DNA of 64,000 bases from Myxococcales bacterium (GTDB lineage Bacteria; Myxococcota_A; Polyangia; Polyangiales; DASUME01), in NCBI GenBank assembly GCA_047601445.1, contig JASGJH010000001.1, forward strand, positions 2,720,001-2,784,000. Direction: 5' to 3'. Below the pieces are notes generated by a model. That model did not search any database, was not told where the DNA came from, and worked only from the letters and a program-made list of their open reading frames with translations. Below are positions 1 to 9,280 of this stretch, piece after piece; position 1 is the first letter of the stretch; each line of letters opens with the position of its first letter. The position numbers and the translations under genes were made by a program.

Positions 1-339
1 GGTCACGCTGGTCCACGAGGCGTAGAGCGCCACGGGCGTCATGAAAGTGGTGAGCAGCACCAGCCACAGGGAGATGCCGTCGATTCCCACGCGGTAGGAG
101 ATACCGAAGCTCTCCACCAGGGGGTACGCCGCCGAGAACTGATAGGCCGAGCCGGTGTAGTCACCGGTCAAGACGTGCAGCGAGATGACGAACTCGAGCA
201 GCATCACCGCGAGCGAGATGCCGCGGATGGCGCCGACGCTCTGGCGCGGCGTGAAGAGAATGGCGAGGGCACCCAGGAAGGGGACCGCGATCAGCCACGA
301 GAGCACGGTCACGTCGAAGTAGGAGGAAATCGTTTCCAT
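1..339 (-). CDS. nuoM: NADH-quinone oxidoreductase subunit M (5' part; runs off window)
   Basis: Not in ORF track. Manual translation from ATG at 339: METISSYFDVTVLSWLIAVPFLGALAILF...FGISYRVGIDGISLWLVLLTTFMTP; contains the NuoM 'GIDGISLWLVLLT' motif. Start overlaps the nuoL stop (TGATG). Confidence 0.93.
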   Translation of the reverse strand, partial: METISSYFDVTVLSWLIAVPFLGALAILFTPRQSVGAIRGISLAVMLLEFVISLHVLTGDYTGSAYQFSAAYPLVESFGISYRVGIDGISLWLVLLTTFMTPVALYASWTSVT

Positions 340-3041
340 CACTGCTGCTCCCCACGCTGGGCGAACTTTTCGTCACTCGATTCCACCGCGCGTGCGGCGC
401 GGCGTCCCGGGCGCACTTCGATGACCACCTGCTCGGACGTGGTGGCCACGTTGCCGAACACGCTGCGGACCGCCAGGGTGCTCTGCACCACCGCGTCCAC
501 GCGGACCTTGGCGTACTCGCCGAAGCGCAGCGTCGAGCCAGGCTCCACCTCGACCTCGTCGCCCGGTGCCGCCACGTTGTTCACGCGCAGATCCGAGGCG
601 CCGGGGCGCACGAAGAGCTTGCCGCGACTGAAACGCACGCTGGGCGGAGTGTGCGAGTGCGGGTTGGTCCGCCAGCCGTCACCGAGGTGACTCGTGCTGA
701 TGGGCGTCCAAAGTTCTTCGTCCGGCGTGATCGGGCTGAGACGCGGCCCGACGCCGTGGGTCGCAGCGTCGTCGAGGCGCAGCGAATAGGGTCCACGATG
801 GCGACCGGCTGCCTCCACCAGGGTGAGCTCGAGCTGCTTGGCCTGCTCGAGCTTGTAGGCATAGCTGGCGTCGCGCGCGTCTTTGCTCCACTCGGTGTCG
901 AACTCACCGTCCGAGTCGAAGTCCCAGCGGTACTCGTAACCGAGGCCCGGGCCCGCCACGAAGTGCACGGCGTCGCCCTTGACGGCGGTGTCGATGTGCG
1001 GGTGCGGATAGAGCACCCACCAGGTGAGCCCAACCAGGCCCGCCGCCATCGCCGTGCCGTAGGCGTGCACGACGCCGTTTTGCAGGCGCGTGAACAACCA
1101 GCCGGCCAACTTGATGCTGCCCGCGGTGACCTTGGTGAGGCCATCGACGGCGATGCGATCCACGTTGCCCGAGAGCTTCGCGATGGCCGTGAGAGGACCC
1201 ACGATGATGACCTGATAGAGCTCGTCCACGCGCCACTTGTCCATGAGCAGCTGGTGGAAGGGCGACAGCGTCTCTGCGGAGTGCCAGGCTTTGTCCTTGT
1301 ACATGGACCAGGCCAGACCGATGCCACCGAGCCCTGCAATCGTGCCCACGACGGCGGCGATGATGCCGCTGTTCATGTCGTGATGGTGCTCTTCGGCGCC
1401 CGGGATGGTGGCCACCACGCCGTGGAGCCACTCGTTCCAGAAATCCGGTAGATGCGCCCAGGCGGGCATGCCCAGGAAGCCGACGGCGATTGCGCCAACC
1501 GCCAGGATGATCAGCGGCCAGGCCATCGGTGCTTCGGACTCGTGCGGCTCGGCATGGTGACCGTGATCGTCATGCCCATGGTCTTCGTGGCCGTGGCCAT
1601 GACCGTGCCCACCGCGGAACTCACCGGTGAAGGTGAGGAAGTACAGGCGGAACATGTAGAAGGCGGTCCCGAACGCGCACAGGGCGAGCGCCCCGAAGAT
1701 CGCCTGGCCAAGCCACGGCGCGGACTCGAAGTACTCACCCGCGGTCCACGCTCCGTGCAGGATCATGTCCTTGGAGAAGAAGCCGCTGGTCAGGGGGAAG
1801 CCGGCGATTGCACCGCAGCTAATCAGGAACGTCGCATTGGTGATCGGCATCCACTTCTTCATGCCGCCGAGGTCGTTCAGGTCGGCGTCGCCGTGTGCGT
1901 GCACCGCGTGCATCACGCTGCCGGCGCCGAGGAACAAGCAGGCCTTGAAGAAGGCGTGCGTGAACACGTGGAAGATACCGGCCGAGAAGGCGCCCACGCC
2001 CACCGCGGCGAACATGAAGCCGAGCTGGCTCACCGTGGAGTACGCCAGCACCTTCTTGAGCTGGTTCTGCACCAACGCGATCGAGGCCGCGACCACCGCA
2101 GTGAGCGTGCCCACGATGGTGATGACCGCCATCGCCGTCGGCGACTGCACGAACACCGGGGACAGGCGGCACGCCAGGTACACGCCGGAGGTCACCATGG
2201 TGGCCGCGTGGATGAGCGCGGAGACCGGGGTGGGACCCGCCATGGCGTCCGGCAGCCAGATGTAGAGCGGAATCTGCGCGCTCTTGCCGGTGCAGCCCAG
2301 GAACAGGAAAAGCACCGCGATGGTCGCGATGCTGAACTCGGCCTGCATCGGGCCGAACGAGAACGGAGCCGCCAGGCCGGGCGCTGCGCGGTTGATCTCG
2401 GTGAACTCGAAGGAACCGGTCGCGGCGAGCAGGATGAACATGCCCATCAGCACGCCGAAGTCACCGATGCGGTTGACGATGAAGGCCTTCTTGCCTGCCG
2501 CCGCGTAGGTGGGGTTCTCGAACCAGAAGCCGATCAGCAGATAGCTGCAGAGGCCCACGCCTTCCCAACCCACGAACATCAGCGGGATGTTGCTGGCCAG
2601 GATCAGGATCAACATCGAGGCCATGAACAGGTTCAAGTACGAGAAGAAGCGAGCGTAGCTGGCCTCCTCACTCATGTACCCGGTGCTGTAGATATGGATC
2701 AACAGGCCGATGCCCGTGACCATCACCAGCATGATCCCGCTCAGGGCATCCACCGTGAATCGCACGTTGATGGGCACGGTGCGCCCGTCGGCGAGCGCCA
2801 CGCTGAACCACTCGTAGGCCTGGTAGGTGATGGCCCCGTCGCCGTGCTCGCCATGGACGCCCATCAGCTTTGCGAACGTCAGGAGCGCCAGCACGAAGGA
2901 GATCGCCACCGAGCCCAGGGCGATGAAGGAGACGACCTTCTTATCGGTCTTGAAGAAGCAGCCGCCGATGCCGTTCAGCGCCGCGCCGATCAGGGGCGCC
3001 AGCACGATCGCGAGCAGGAGGCCATCGTTGAACCAATCCAT
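339..3041 (-). CDS. nuoL: NADH-quinone oxidoreductase subunit L with C-terminal soluble extension
   Basis: GWEGVGLCSYLLIGFW, GKSAQIPLYIWLPDAMAGPTPVSALIHAATMV and HAFFKA motifs; 900 aa, with ~220 extra residues after the last TM helix. Confidence 0.97.
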   Translation of the reverse strand: MDWFNDGLLLAIVLAPLIGAALNGIGGCFFKTDKKVVSFIALGSVAISFVLALLTFAKLMGVHGEHGDGAITYQAYEWFSVALADGRTVPINVRFTVDALSGIMLVMVTGIGLLIHIYSTGYMSEEASYARFFSYLNLFMASMLILILASNIPLMFVGWEGVGLCSYLLIGFWFENPTYAAAGKKAFIVNRIGDFGVLMGMFILLAATGSFEFTEINRAAPGLAAPFSFGPMQAEFSIATIAVLFLFLGCTGKSAQIPLYIWLPDAMAGPTPVSALIHAATMVTSGVYLACRLSPVFVQSPTAMAVITIVGTLTAVVAASIALVQNQLKKVLAYSTVSQLGFMFAAVGVGAFSAGIFHVFTHAFFKACLFLGAGSVMHAVHAHGDADLNDLGGMKKWMPITNATFLISCGAIAGFPLTSGFFSKDMILHGAWTAGEYFESAPWLGQAIFGALALCAFGTAFYMFRLYFLTFTGEFRGGHGHGHGHEDHGHDDHGHHAEPHESEAPMAWPLIILAVGAIAVGFLGMPAWAHLPDFWNEWLHGVVATIPGAEEHHHDMNSGIIAAVVGTIAGLGGIGLAWSMYKDKAWHSAETLSPFHQLLMDKWRVDELYQVIIVGPLTAIAKLSGNVDRIAVDGLTKVTAGSIKLAGWLFTRLQNGVVHAYGTAMAAGLVGLTWWVLYPHPHIDTAVKGDAVHFVAGPGLGYEYRWDFDSDGEFDTEWSKDARDASYAYKLEQAKQLELTLVEAAGRHRGPYSLRLDDAATHGVGPRLSPITPDEELWTPISTSHLGDGWRTNPHSHTPPSVRFSRGKLFVRPGASDLRVNNVAAPGDEVEVEPGSTLRFGEYAKVRVDAVVQSTLAVRSVFGNVATTSEQVVIEVRPGRRAARAVESSDEKFAQRGEQQ

Positions 3042-3052
3042 GGGTGGTCGTC

Positions 3053-3358
3053 CTAGTGCTTCAAGAGGTTGGCGTCGTCCGTGTTCACGGACTTGCGAAG
3101 ACGATAGAGGCTGATGACGATGGCGAGACCCACCGCCGCTTCAGCGGCTGCCACGGCGATCACGAAGAAGGCGAACAGCTGCCCCGCGTGCGTGCTCGGC
3201 ATGTAGCGATTGAAGGCCACCAGCGTGAGGTTCACCGAGTTCAGCATGAGCTCGATGGACATCAGCTGAATCAGCACGTTGCGGCGGATGAGGAAGCCCA
3301 TGGAGCCGATGCCGAACAACAGCGCCGAGAGCACGAGGTAATGTCCGAGACCAATCAC
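3053..3358 (-). CDS. nuoK: NADH-quinone oxidoreductase subunit K
   Basis: [16 protein letters not shown] and [10 protein letters not shown] motifs; GTG start at 3358 with upstream GAAGGAAGGG RBS. Confidence 0.96.
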   Translation of the reverse strand: MIGLGHYLVLSALLFGIGSMGFLIRRNVLIQLMSIELMLNSVNLTLVAFNRYMPSTHAGQLFAFFVIAVAAAEAAVGLAIVISLYRLRKSVNTDDANLLKH

Positions 3359-3374
3359 TGGATTGCCCCTTCCT

Positions 3375-3995
3375 TCACTGCCCCGGAGAAGCCGAAGCTT
3401 CCGCGGAAAGACGAGCCGACTCTGCCTGCGCACGCTCGGCCTTGAGGCGAGCGGCCTCCTTCACCGTGCGGCCACGCGCCACGGCGATGGCGCCCAAGAT
3501 CGCGACCAGAAGCAGGATGGAGACCAGCTCGAAGGGCACGGCCGCATTCCTGTAGAGGACGTTGGCGATGGCCTTCACGCCACCGAACTGGCTGCACTCC
3601 GCCACGCCCTCGTCGCATCCGGCGATGATCGGCGCGTCGGGCATCATGTGTCCGACACCGCCGGCCACGCTGACGGCCACGGCGCCCATCAAGCACAGCG
3701 ACAGCACTTTGGCTACGCCGCCCTTGAAGCCCTTGGTCTCCGACTCCTCCTGCGAGGGGCCGATCAACATGATGACGAACACGAACAAGACCACCACCGC
3801 GCCCGCGTACACGATGAGCTGCATCGCGGCGAGCAAGTGGGCGTGCAAGGTCAGGTAGATGGCTGCCAGCGACAGGATGTGTGTCAGCAAGGCCATCGCC
3901 GCGCGGATCGGCGTGCGCGATGCGATGGTGCCGCAGGCGCTCAGCACGGCGACCGTGGCACAGATGGCGAAGAAAACGGTTCCAGCGGAGCTCAT
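3375..3995 (-). CDS. nuoJ: NADH-quinone oxidoreductase subunit J
   Basis: [19 protein letters not shown] and [16 protein letters not shown] motifs. Confidence 0.95.
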   Translation of the reverse strand: MSSAGTVFFAICATVAVLSACGTIASRTPIRAAMALLTHILSLAAIYLTLHAHLLAAMQLIVYAGAVVVLFVFVIMLIGPSQEESETKGFKGGVAKVLSLCLMGAVAVSVAGGVGHMMPDAPIIAGCDEGVAECSQFGGVKAIANVLYRNAAVPFELVSILLLVAILGAIAVARGRTVKEAARLKAERAQAESARLSAEASASPGQ

Positions 3996-5371
3996 GCGGC
4001 CCTCCCAGACAGCAGCGCCTTCACGCTCTCATCGAGCCGCACGCTGCCCACGCCGCCGTTCTTGGCGACGGCGATGAACTCATCGCGGTACTTGCGCACG
4101 AAGGCCAGCATCGGCATCGCAGTGCCATCGGCGAGCGCGCAGATGGTGTTGCCCATCATGTTGTTGGAGATGTCGACCAGCAGGTCCACGTCCGCCACGC
4201 TGCCCTGGCCCGTGCAGACCTTCTTGAGCACGTCGAACAGCCAACCCGTGCCTTCGCGACAGGGCGTGCACTGACCGCACGACTCGTGCGCGTAGAAGCG
4301 CATCAGATTGCGCGCTGCGTCCACCATGTTCACCGAGCTGTCCATCACGATGGCGCAGCAGGTGCCGAGCATGGTGCCGAGACCACGCATGGTGTCCACG
4401 CCCATGGGCACATCGATGTGGCTCATGCCGTGCCACTTGTGCAGCGGGTGCTTGTCGTCCGGGGCGTGCACGATGTCGTCGGGACGCAGGACCGGGGTAG
4501 ACGAGCCGCCAGGGATGACCCCCTTGAGCGGTCGGTTGTCGTGCAGCATGCCGCCAGCGAAGTCGTAGATCATCTCGCGCAGGGTCAGCCCCACGGGCCC
4601 CTCGAAGACGCCCGGCTTCTTCACGTGACCGCTCACGCCGTAGAGGCGCGTGCCGCCGTCGTTGGGCAAGCGGCTGAGCTTGGACCAGGCATCCCCGCCC
4701 ATCTTCACGATGTCGGGCACGGAGGCGATGGTCTCCACGTTGTTGACGATGGTGGGTGCCCCGAAGGCGCCGGACACGGCGGGGAACGGCGGCTTGAGGC
4801 GAGGTTCGCCGCGCTTGCCCTCGAGGGAGTTCAAGAGCGCGGTCTCCTCACCGCAGATGTACGCGCCGGCACCCGGGTGGGTGAAGATTTCGATGGAGTG
4901 ATTGATTCCGAAGGGGCGTGCGCCGAGGTAGCCCTTGGCTCGAGCCTCCTCGATCGCGGCGTCCAAGCGGGCGATCGACTTGACCAGCTCGCAGCGCACG
5001 TAGATGTAACAGACGTTCGCGCCGATCGCGTGGCAGGCGATGATGCAGCCCTCGATGAGCCGGTGCGGATCGAGCTCCATGATGGTGCGATCCTTGAAGG
5101 TCCCGGGCTCGCCTTCGTCGGCGTTGATCACCAGGTACGGCTTCACGCCCTCACGCTTGGCCAAGAAGCTCCACTTCATGCCCGCCGGGAAGCCGGCGCC
5201 CCCACGACCGCGAATGTTGGCAGCCTTGACCTCCGCCGCGATCTGCTCCGGCTTGAGCTGAAGCAGGGCACGTCGCGCGGTGGCGTAGGCCCCTGCCTGC
5301 TCGGCCACGGCGATCGTGTGACTGTTGGGGAGGCCGTAGCGGTCCGTGAGGATCTTCTGGAATTCCGCCAT
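3992..5371 (-). CDS. nuoF: NADH-quinone oxidoreductase subunit F
   Basis: RGRGGAGFPAG, NADEGEPGTFKDR, GAGAYICGEETAL and HESCGQCTPCREG...C motifs. Confidence 0.98.
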   Translation of the reverse strand: MAEFQKILTDRYGLPNSHTIAVAEQAGAYATARRALLQLKPEQIAAEVKAANIRGRGGAGFPAGMKWSFLAKREGVKPYLVINADEGEPGTFKDRTIMELDPHRLIEGCIIACHAIGANVCYIYVRCELVKSIARLDAAIEEARAKGYLGARPFGINHSIEIFTHPGAGAYICGEETALLNSLEGKRGEPRLKPPFPAVSGAFGAPTIVNNVETIASVPDIVKMGGDAWSKLSRLPNDGGTRLYGVSGHVKKPGVFEGPVGLTLREMIYDFAGGMLHDNRPLKGVIPGGSSTPVLRPDDIVHAPDDKHPLHKWHGMSHIDVPMGVDTMRGLGTMLGTCCAIVMDSSVNMVDAARNLMRFYAHESCGQCTPCREGTGWLFDVLKKVCTGQGSVADVDLLVDISNNMMGNTICALADGTAMPMLAFVRKYRDEFIAVAKNGGVGSVRLDESVKALLSGRAA

Positions 5372-5374
5372 CGG

Positions 5375-5887
5375 TCAGTCCTCTGCGTGCGCCGCGTCGC
5401 TCGCGGGCGTCTTCTGAGCGTACTCGGAGATGATTTGGTCGAGTTTCTCGAGCGTAAGGTTCTCGTAAAACTCGTCGTTGATCTGGACCATCGGCGCCTG
5501 GCCGCAGGCGGCCAGACATTCGGCCTTCTTCAGCGTGAACTTGCCGTCGCGGCTGGTCTCGCCGGCGTGGCAGCCGAACTTCTTCTCGAGGTGCTCCTGG
5601 ACGATCTTGCCGCCGCGCAGATCGCAGGAAAGCGTGCGACAGACCCAGACCACGTTCGGGGCCACCGGCTCCTGGTGGAAGCTCGTGTAGAACGTGACCA
5701 CGCCCTGCACCTGCGACGTCGTCATGCCGAGCTTGTTTGCCACGAAGGCGATGACCTCCGGCGACACCCAACCCAGCTGCTGCTGACACAAGTGCAGGAT
5801 CGGAATGCACGCTGCGCGGGGTACGGGGTAACGCTTGATCAGCCTCTCGGCCGCTTCTTCTCGATCAGGGGTGAGCGTGAATGCCAT
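5375..5887 (-). CDS. nuoE: NADH-quinone oxidoreductase subunit E
   Basis: 2Fe-2S ligands CRTLSC and ECLAAC, plus VVTFY. Start trimmed to ATG 5887 (MAFTLT) after a GAGG RBS. Confidence 0.95.
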   Translation of the reverse strand: MAFTLTPDREEAAERLIKRYPVPRAACIPILHLCQQQLGWVSPEVIAFVANKLGMTTSQVQGVVTFYTSFHQEPVAPNVVWVCRTLSCDLRGGKIVQEHLEKKFGCHAGETSRDGKFTLKKAECLAACGQAPMVQINDEFYENLTLEKLDQIISEYAQKTPASDAAHAED

Positions 5888-6034
5888 GGCCTCGTGCCTG
5901 CCCGAAAGGGCGCCAGAAAAAGCCGCGAAACGGAGCGCGCCAGCGCGCGCGAGACACACGCCAGACGCTTGCCCGACGCACCAAGAAACGCCTCGGCCCA
6001 ACATGCACACAAAGGGGGCGTCCTGGCGCGCGAG

Positions 6035-6063
6035 ACGCTAGGCCTCTGCACATCCCCTGTCAA
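6035..6063 (-). promoter_or_regulatory. putative sigma70 promoter of the nuoE operon
   Basis: Minus strand TTGACA-N17-TAGCGT, ~150 nt upstream of nuoE. Confidence 0.55.
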
Positions 6064-6221
6064 GCTCAGGGGCGCGATCTCATTGAGGTCTGGGCGCACA
6101 TCTAGATTTCCCCGACGGGTACTTTCGACTAAGCTGCGGGCCAGGTCGTGGGGCACTGCTCGGCAGGCGCGCGCGTGCCTGTGCACGCGGACCCGAACGC
6201 GACCCAACAAGGATTGGCGAG

Positions 6222-7280
6222 ATGGCGTTCTGTCCGAACTGCGGCACACCGAATACCGAGCAGGCTGCGAAGTGCGTCTCCTGTGGGTTTGAACTGGCTC
6301 CGGCTCAGAAAGCGAAGTTCAAGGGCACGATCATGATGGGTCAGGCCGTCCAGGCCCCCCAGCAGCCGCCCCAGGCGGGCCAGCAAGCCGCACCTCCTCA
6401 GAGCTCGTCTCCGGCGCCCTCGCCTTCCTCCCCCGCAGCCCCTTCGGGTCAGGCCGGACCCCGCAACATGGCGTTCGAAAAGACCATGTTGGGCCCCATG
6501 GGCGGCTCGGTGCAGGTGCCGCCGCTCGCCGCCCCACCCCCGGCCGCCGATCCGCGCGCCGAACTGGGACGTGCTGCCACGGTAGAAGGGCCTGCTCCTC
6601 AGTTCACTCCCCCGCCCCAGTCCAGCGCGAGCGGCGCCCCGGCAGCGGCGGCCGGAGGTTACGGCGCAGCTTCGACCGGCGCCGGTTACGCGACGGGTGG
6701 CGTCGGCGGCGGTGCAGCCGCTGGCTACGGCGGTGGCGGTGGCGGTTACGACGGGGACGATGGAGCCCCCCCGGCGGCGCTCCCCAAGCCCAACACCGGC
6801 AAGATCCTGGCGATCGGCTGTGCGGTGGTGCTGGTCATGAGCTGCCTGATCGGCGGCGTCATGTACTTCATGGCCAAGAAGCAGCTCTCCGCCCTGATGG
6901 GCTCCGCCCAGGACGAGACCGCCACCCTGGCCTGGCGCGGCACGCTGTCCCAGGCGCTCGGGCAGGTCTCCGCGCTGTGCGCCTCCAACTGCGAGGGCGC
7001 GGCCAACTACTTCCACCCTAGCGTCCAGGCCGCACTGCTTGGTCAGGCCAAGCAACTGACGCCCGAGCGCCTGGCCAAGCTGGTTGATCCGGCCCAGTCG
7101 CCCGCCGCCATGCTGAACACCACGGACGACGGCGCGATCGCCACCAACCTCGGCCTCGACCCCCAGCTCTGCGTGCGCATCGCCGGCGGCAACGCCAAGG
7201 TCGTCGGCTGCAGCGTGCCCAATCCCAGCGGACCGGCCGACATGCGCATCGTCCACCTGTCCGGTCTCGAAAGCCTCTGA
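6222..7280 (+). CDS. zinc-ribbon domain membrane protein (Zn ribbon, Pro/Gly-rich linker, TM helix, Cys-containing C-terminal domain)
   Basis: N-terminal CPNCG...CVSCG, low-complexity linker, hydrophobic ILAIGCAVVLVMSCLIGGVMYFM. Confidence 0.8.
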   Translation: MAFCPNCGTPNTEQAAKCVSCGFELAPAQKAKFKGTIMMGQAVQAPQQPPQAGQQAAPPQSSSPAPSPSSPAAPSGQAGPRNMAFEKTMLGPMGGSVQVPPLAAPPPAADPRAELGRAATVEGPAPQFTPPPQSSASGAPAAAAGGYGAASTGAGYATGGVGGGAAAGYGGGGGGYDGDDGAPPAALPKPNTGKILAIGCAVVLVMSCLIGGVMYFMAKKQLSALMGSAQDETATLAWRGTLSQALGQVSALCASNCEGAANYFHPSVQAALLGQAKQLTPERLAKLVDPAQSPAAMLNTTDDGAIATNLGLDPQLCVRIAGGNAKVVGCSVPNPSGPADMRIVHLSGLESL

Positions 7281-7305
7281 AGCCCCGGGCGCCCGCGCGG
7301 CGCTC

Positions 7306-8634
7306 TTACTTGCCGGCCTTGTGCTCGCGATCGATCGAGATGGCGCGCAGGGTCTGGTAGGCCATTCGAGCCTGGAAGTCGTCGACGAAGGGTGCCGCGG
7401 CTGCCCCGCTGCCCGTGCGCCGTGGCTCGCTCCGCGCCTGTCCCTGCCCTTCCTGACTCGGATCCGCCTCGTTCTTGAGGTGCCCCTCCAGGCTCGCCTC
7501 GCTGAAGGCCTGTTGCTTGGCGTCGTCGGCCGCGACGGCGACCTGCTCGATGACCACGTCGGGCTCGATGCCCTGGGCCTGGATCGAGCGGCCGCTGGGC
7601 GTGTAGTAGCGTGCGACGGTGATCTTCAGAGCGCTCGCGTCGGGCAGCTCGATGATGTTCTGCACGCTGCCCTTGCCGAAGGTCCGGGTCCCCACGATGA
7701 GCGCGCGCCCGTGGTCGCCCAGCGCACCGGCCACGATCTCGGCGGCCGACGCGGTATAGCCGTTCACGAGCACCACCACGGGCCAGGTCGGCCGTGTGCC
7801 TCCTTCGCGCGCGCTCGCCACCGAGAGCTCGCGGCCGCCGCGGCCGCGCGTGCTCACGATGACCCCCGCCGGCAGGAACTCGTCCGCCACCGACACCGCC
7901 TGGTCCAAGAGGCCGCCCGGGTTGTCCCGCAAATCGAGCAGGATCCCGCGCAGACCACCCTTCTCGCGGGTGGCCGCCGTCGCCTCGTCGAGCACGTCGG
8001 CGAGCTCCCGTGTGGTGGTCTCCTGAAAGACCCGCATGCGCACGTAGAGGTGGCGATCGGCCAGAAGCTGCCCCTCCACCGCATCTACCGAGATGATCTC
8101 GCGCCTCATGCTCGCGTCGAAGGCGGGACCGTCGTCTGTGCGCCGCAGGGACACCTGGACCTCCGTACCCGGTTCCCCGCGCATACGCCGAACGGCCTCT
8201 TCGATGGGCATGTCGCGGGCGCGGTAGCTGTCGATCGTCACGAAGCGATCGCCTACCTTGACCCCAGCGCGCTCCGCCGGCCCACGCGGGAAAACAGCGG
8301 TCACGGTGAGCCAGCCGTCGCGCACGTCGATCTCCACACCCACGCCGCCGAAGCGCCCTCGCGTGTCGCTCGCGAGCACGCGGTACTCGTTCGGATCCAG
8401 GAAATCGCTGTGCGGATCGAGCGTGCGCACCATGCCGCGAATGGCCCCGTAGATGAGCTTGTCCTGGTCGACTGCGCTCACGTACGACATCTCCACATGG
8501 GCCAAAGCCCGGGCAAAAGTGCCCAAATTCTCGTAGGGACTGGCCCCTGCAGGTGCCCCCCAAGCGCGACTCGCAAGTCCTCCGATAGAGAGCGCTGCGA
8601 GCCCGAGAGACACGCCTAGAACACTGAAGCGCAC
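7306..8634 (-). CDS. S41 family carboxyl-terminal processing protease (CtpA-like, PDZ)
   Basis: LDPHS, FGGVGVEI (PDZ), DLRDNPGG, TASAAEIVAGAL, RTFGKGSVQ, YYTPSGRSIQ. GTG start at 8634 with GGAGG RBS and a signal/anchor helix. Confidence 0.93.
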   Translation of the reverse strand: MRFSVLGVSLGLAALSIGGLASRAWGAPAGASPYENLGTFARALAHVEMSYVSAVDQDKLIYGAIRGMVRTLDPHSDFLDPNEYRVLASDTRGRFGGVGVEIDVRDGWLTVTAVFPRGPAERAGVKVGDRFVTIDSYRARDMPIEEAVRRMRGEPGTEVQVSLRRTDDGPAFDASMRREIISVDAVEGQLLADRHLYVRMRVFQETTTRELADVLDEATAATREKGGLRGILLDLRDNPGGLLDQAVSVADEFLPAGVIVSTRGRGGRELSVASAREGGTRPTWPVVVLVNGYTASAAEIVAGALGDHGRALIVGTRTFGKGSVQNIIELPDASALKITVARYYTPSGRSIQAQGIEPDVVIEQVAVAADDAKQQAFSEASLEGHLKNEADPSQEGQGQARSEPRRTGSGAAAAPFVDDFQARMAYQTLRAISIDREHKAGK

Positions 8635-8969
8635 GAAGCCTCCGACGGGGTTTTTTGCCTGCTTACGTGGAAAAACGCGCTCCACGTGAGGGGTCCACGC
8701 GCGTGCGCTGAGATCGCTCCACAGCTTGCGTCGGCGCGGTGATTGTGCGGACATAAAGAGCTTCTCCCGACTTCGATTGACAGGTACGCCTGTCGCTGGT
8801 GTACCATTCTCTCTGCGTCGTTCGTTAGCTGGGGAACGCATTCGGTGTCGTGCCGGGTGGGGCGGTGAAGGCCGGGTTCTTTGGCGGATGGCGCGACTAG
8901 ACCCTTTTACAAAATGGCGGACTTCACTACGCGGAAACCCCGCAACGCCGACTGGAGGACCCGGTGAGC

Positions 8970-9173
8970 ATGTCAGGCACCGATAAACGTAAACAGAGCC
9001 TCTACTTCCCTGAGTCCATGCTGCAGGACATCCAAAAAGAGGCTGCACGCTTGGACCGCTCGCTCTCCTGGATTGTCCAGCGGTGCGTGAAGATCGGTTT
9101 GCCCGACATCCGGAAGTTGCCGTCGGTGAACGAAATCCCCGACGACGACGTCCCCGGGGGCGCCAACATCTGA
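8970..9173 (+). CDS. TIGR04563-family (MXAN_4361/4362-like) small ribbon-helix-helix-like protein
   Basis: DKRKQSLYFPE...EAARLDRSLSWIVQ...LPSVN signature; GGAGG RBS (alternative GTG start at 8964). Confidence 0.85.
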   Translation: MSGTDKRKQSLYFPESMLQDIQKEAARLDRSLSWIVQRCVKIGLPDIRKLPSVNEIPDDDVPGGANI

Positions 9174-9197
9174 GGCGGTAGAAGCTTCAAACGCAAT

Positions 9198-9236
9198 CGG
9201 GCGGCTCCCCTCGCGGGTGCCGCCCGTCTGCTTTTT
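9198..9236 (+). terminator. intrinsic terminator hairpin
   Basis: CGGGCGGC...GCCGCCCG stem followed by a T-tract, between convergent genes. Confidence 0.55.
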
Positions 9237-9280
9237 GGAGGTCCCGAACGCGCGCGAGCGCGCCGCGGGGAAAGCGCGCC

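Noticed and set aside
1545..1615. His-rich repeat in NuoL
   Set aside because: His-rich loops at this position are common in NuoL/ND5 proteins.
8777..8807. TTGACA...TACCAT promoter for the TIGR04563 gene
   Set aside because: Spacer is 19 nt; plausible but too uncertain to call.
8635..9048. Long N-terminal extension of the S41 protease
   Set aside because: Overlaps the divergent small gene and intergenic region; RBS and signal helix support the start at 8634.
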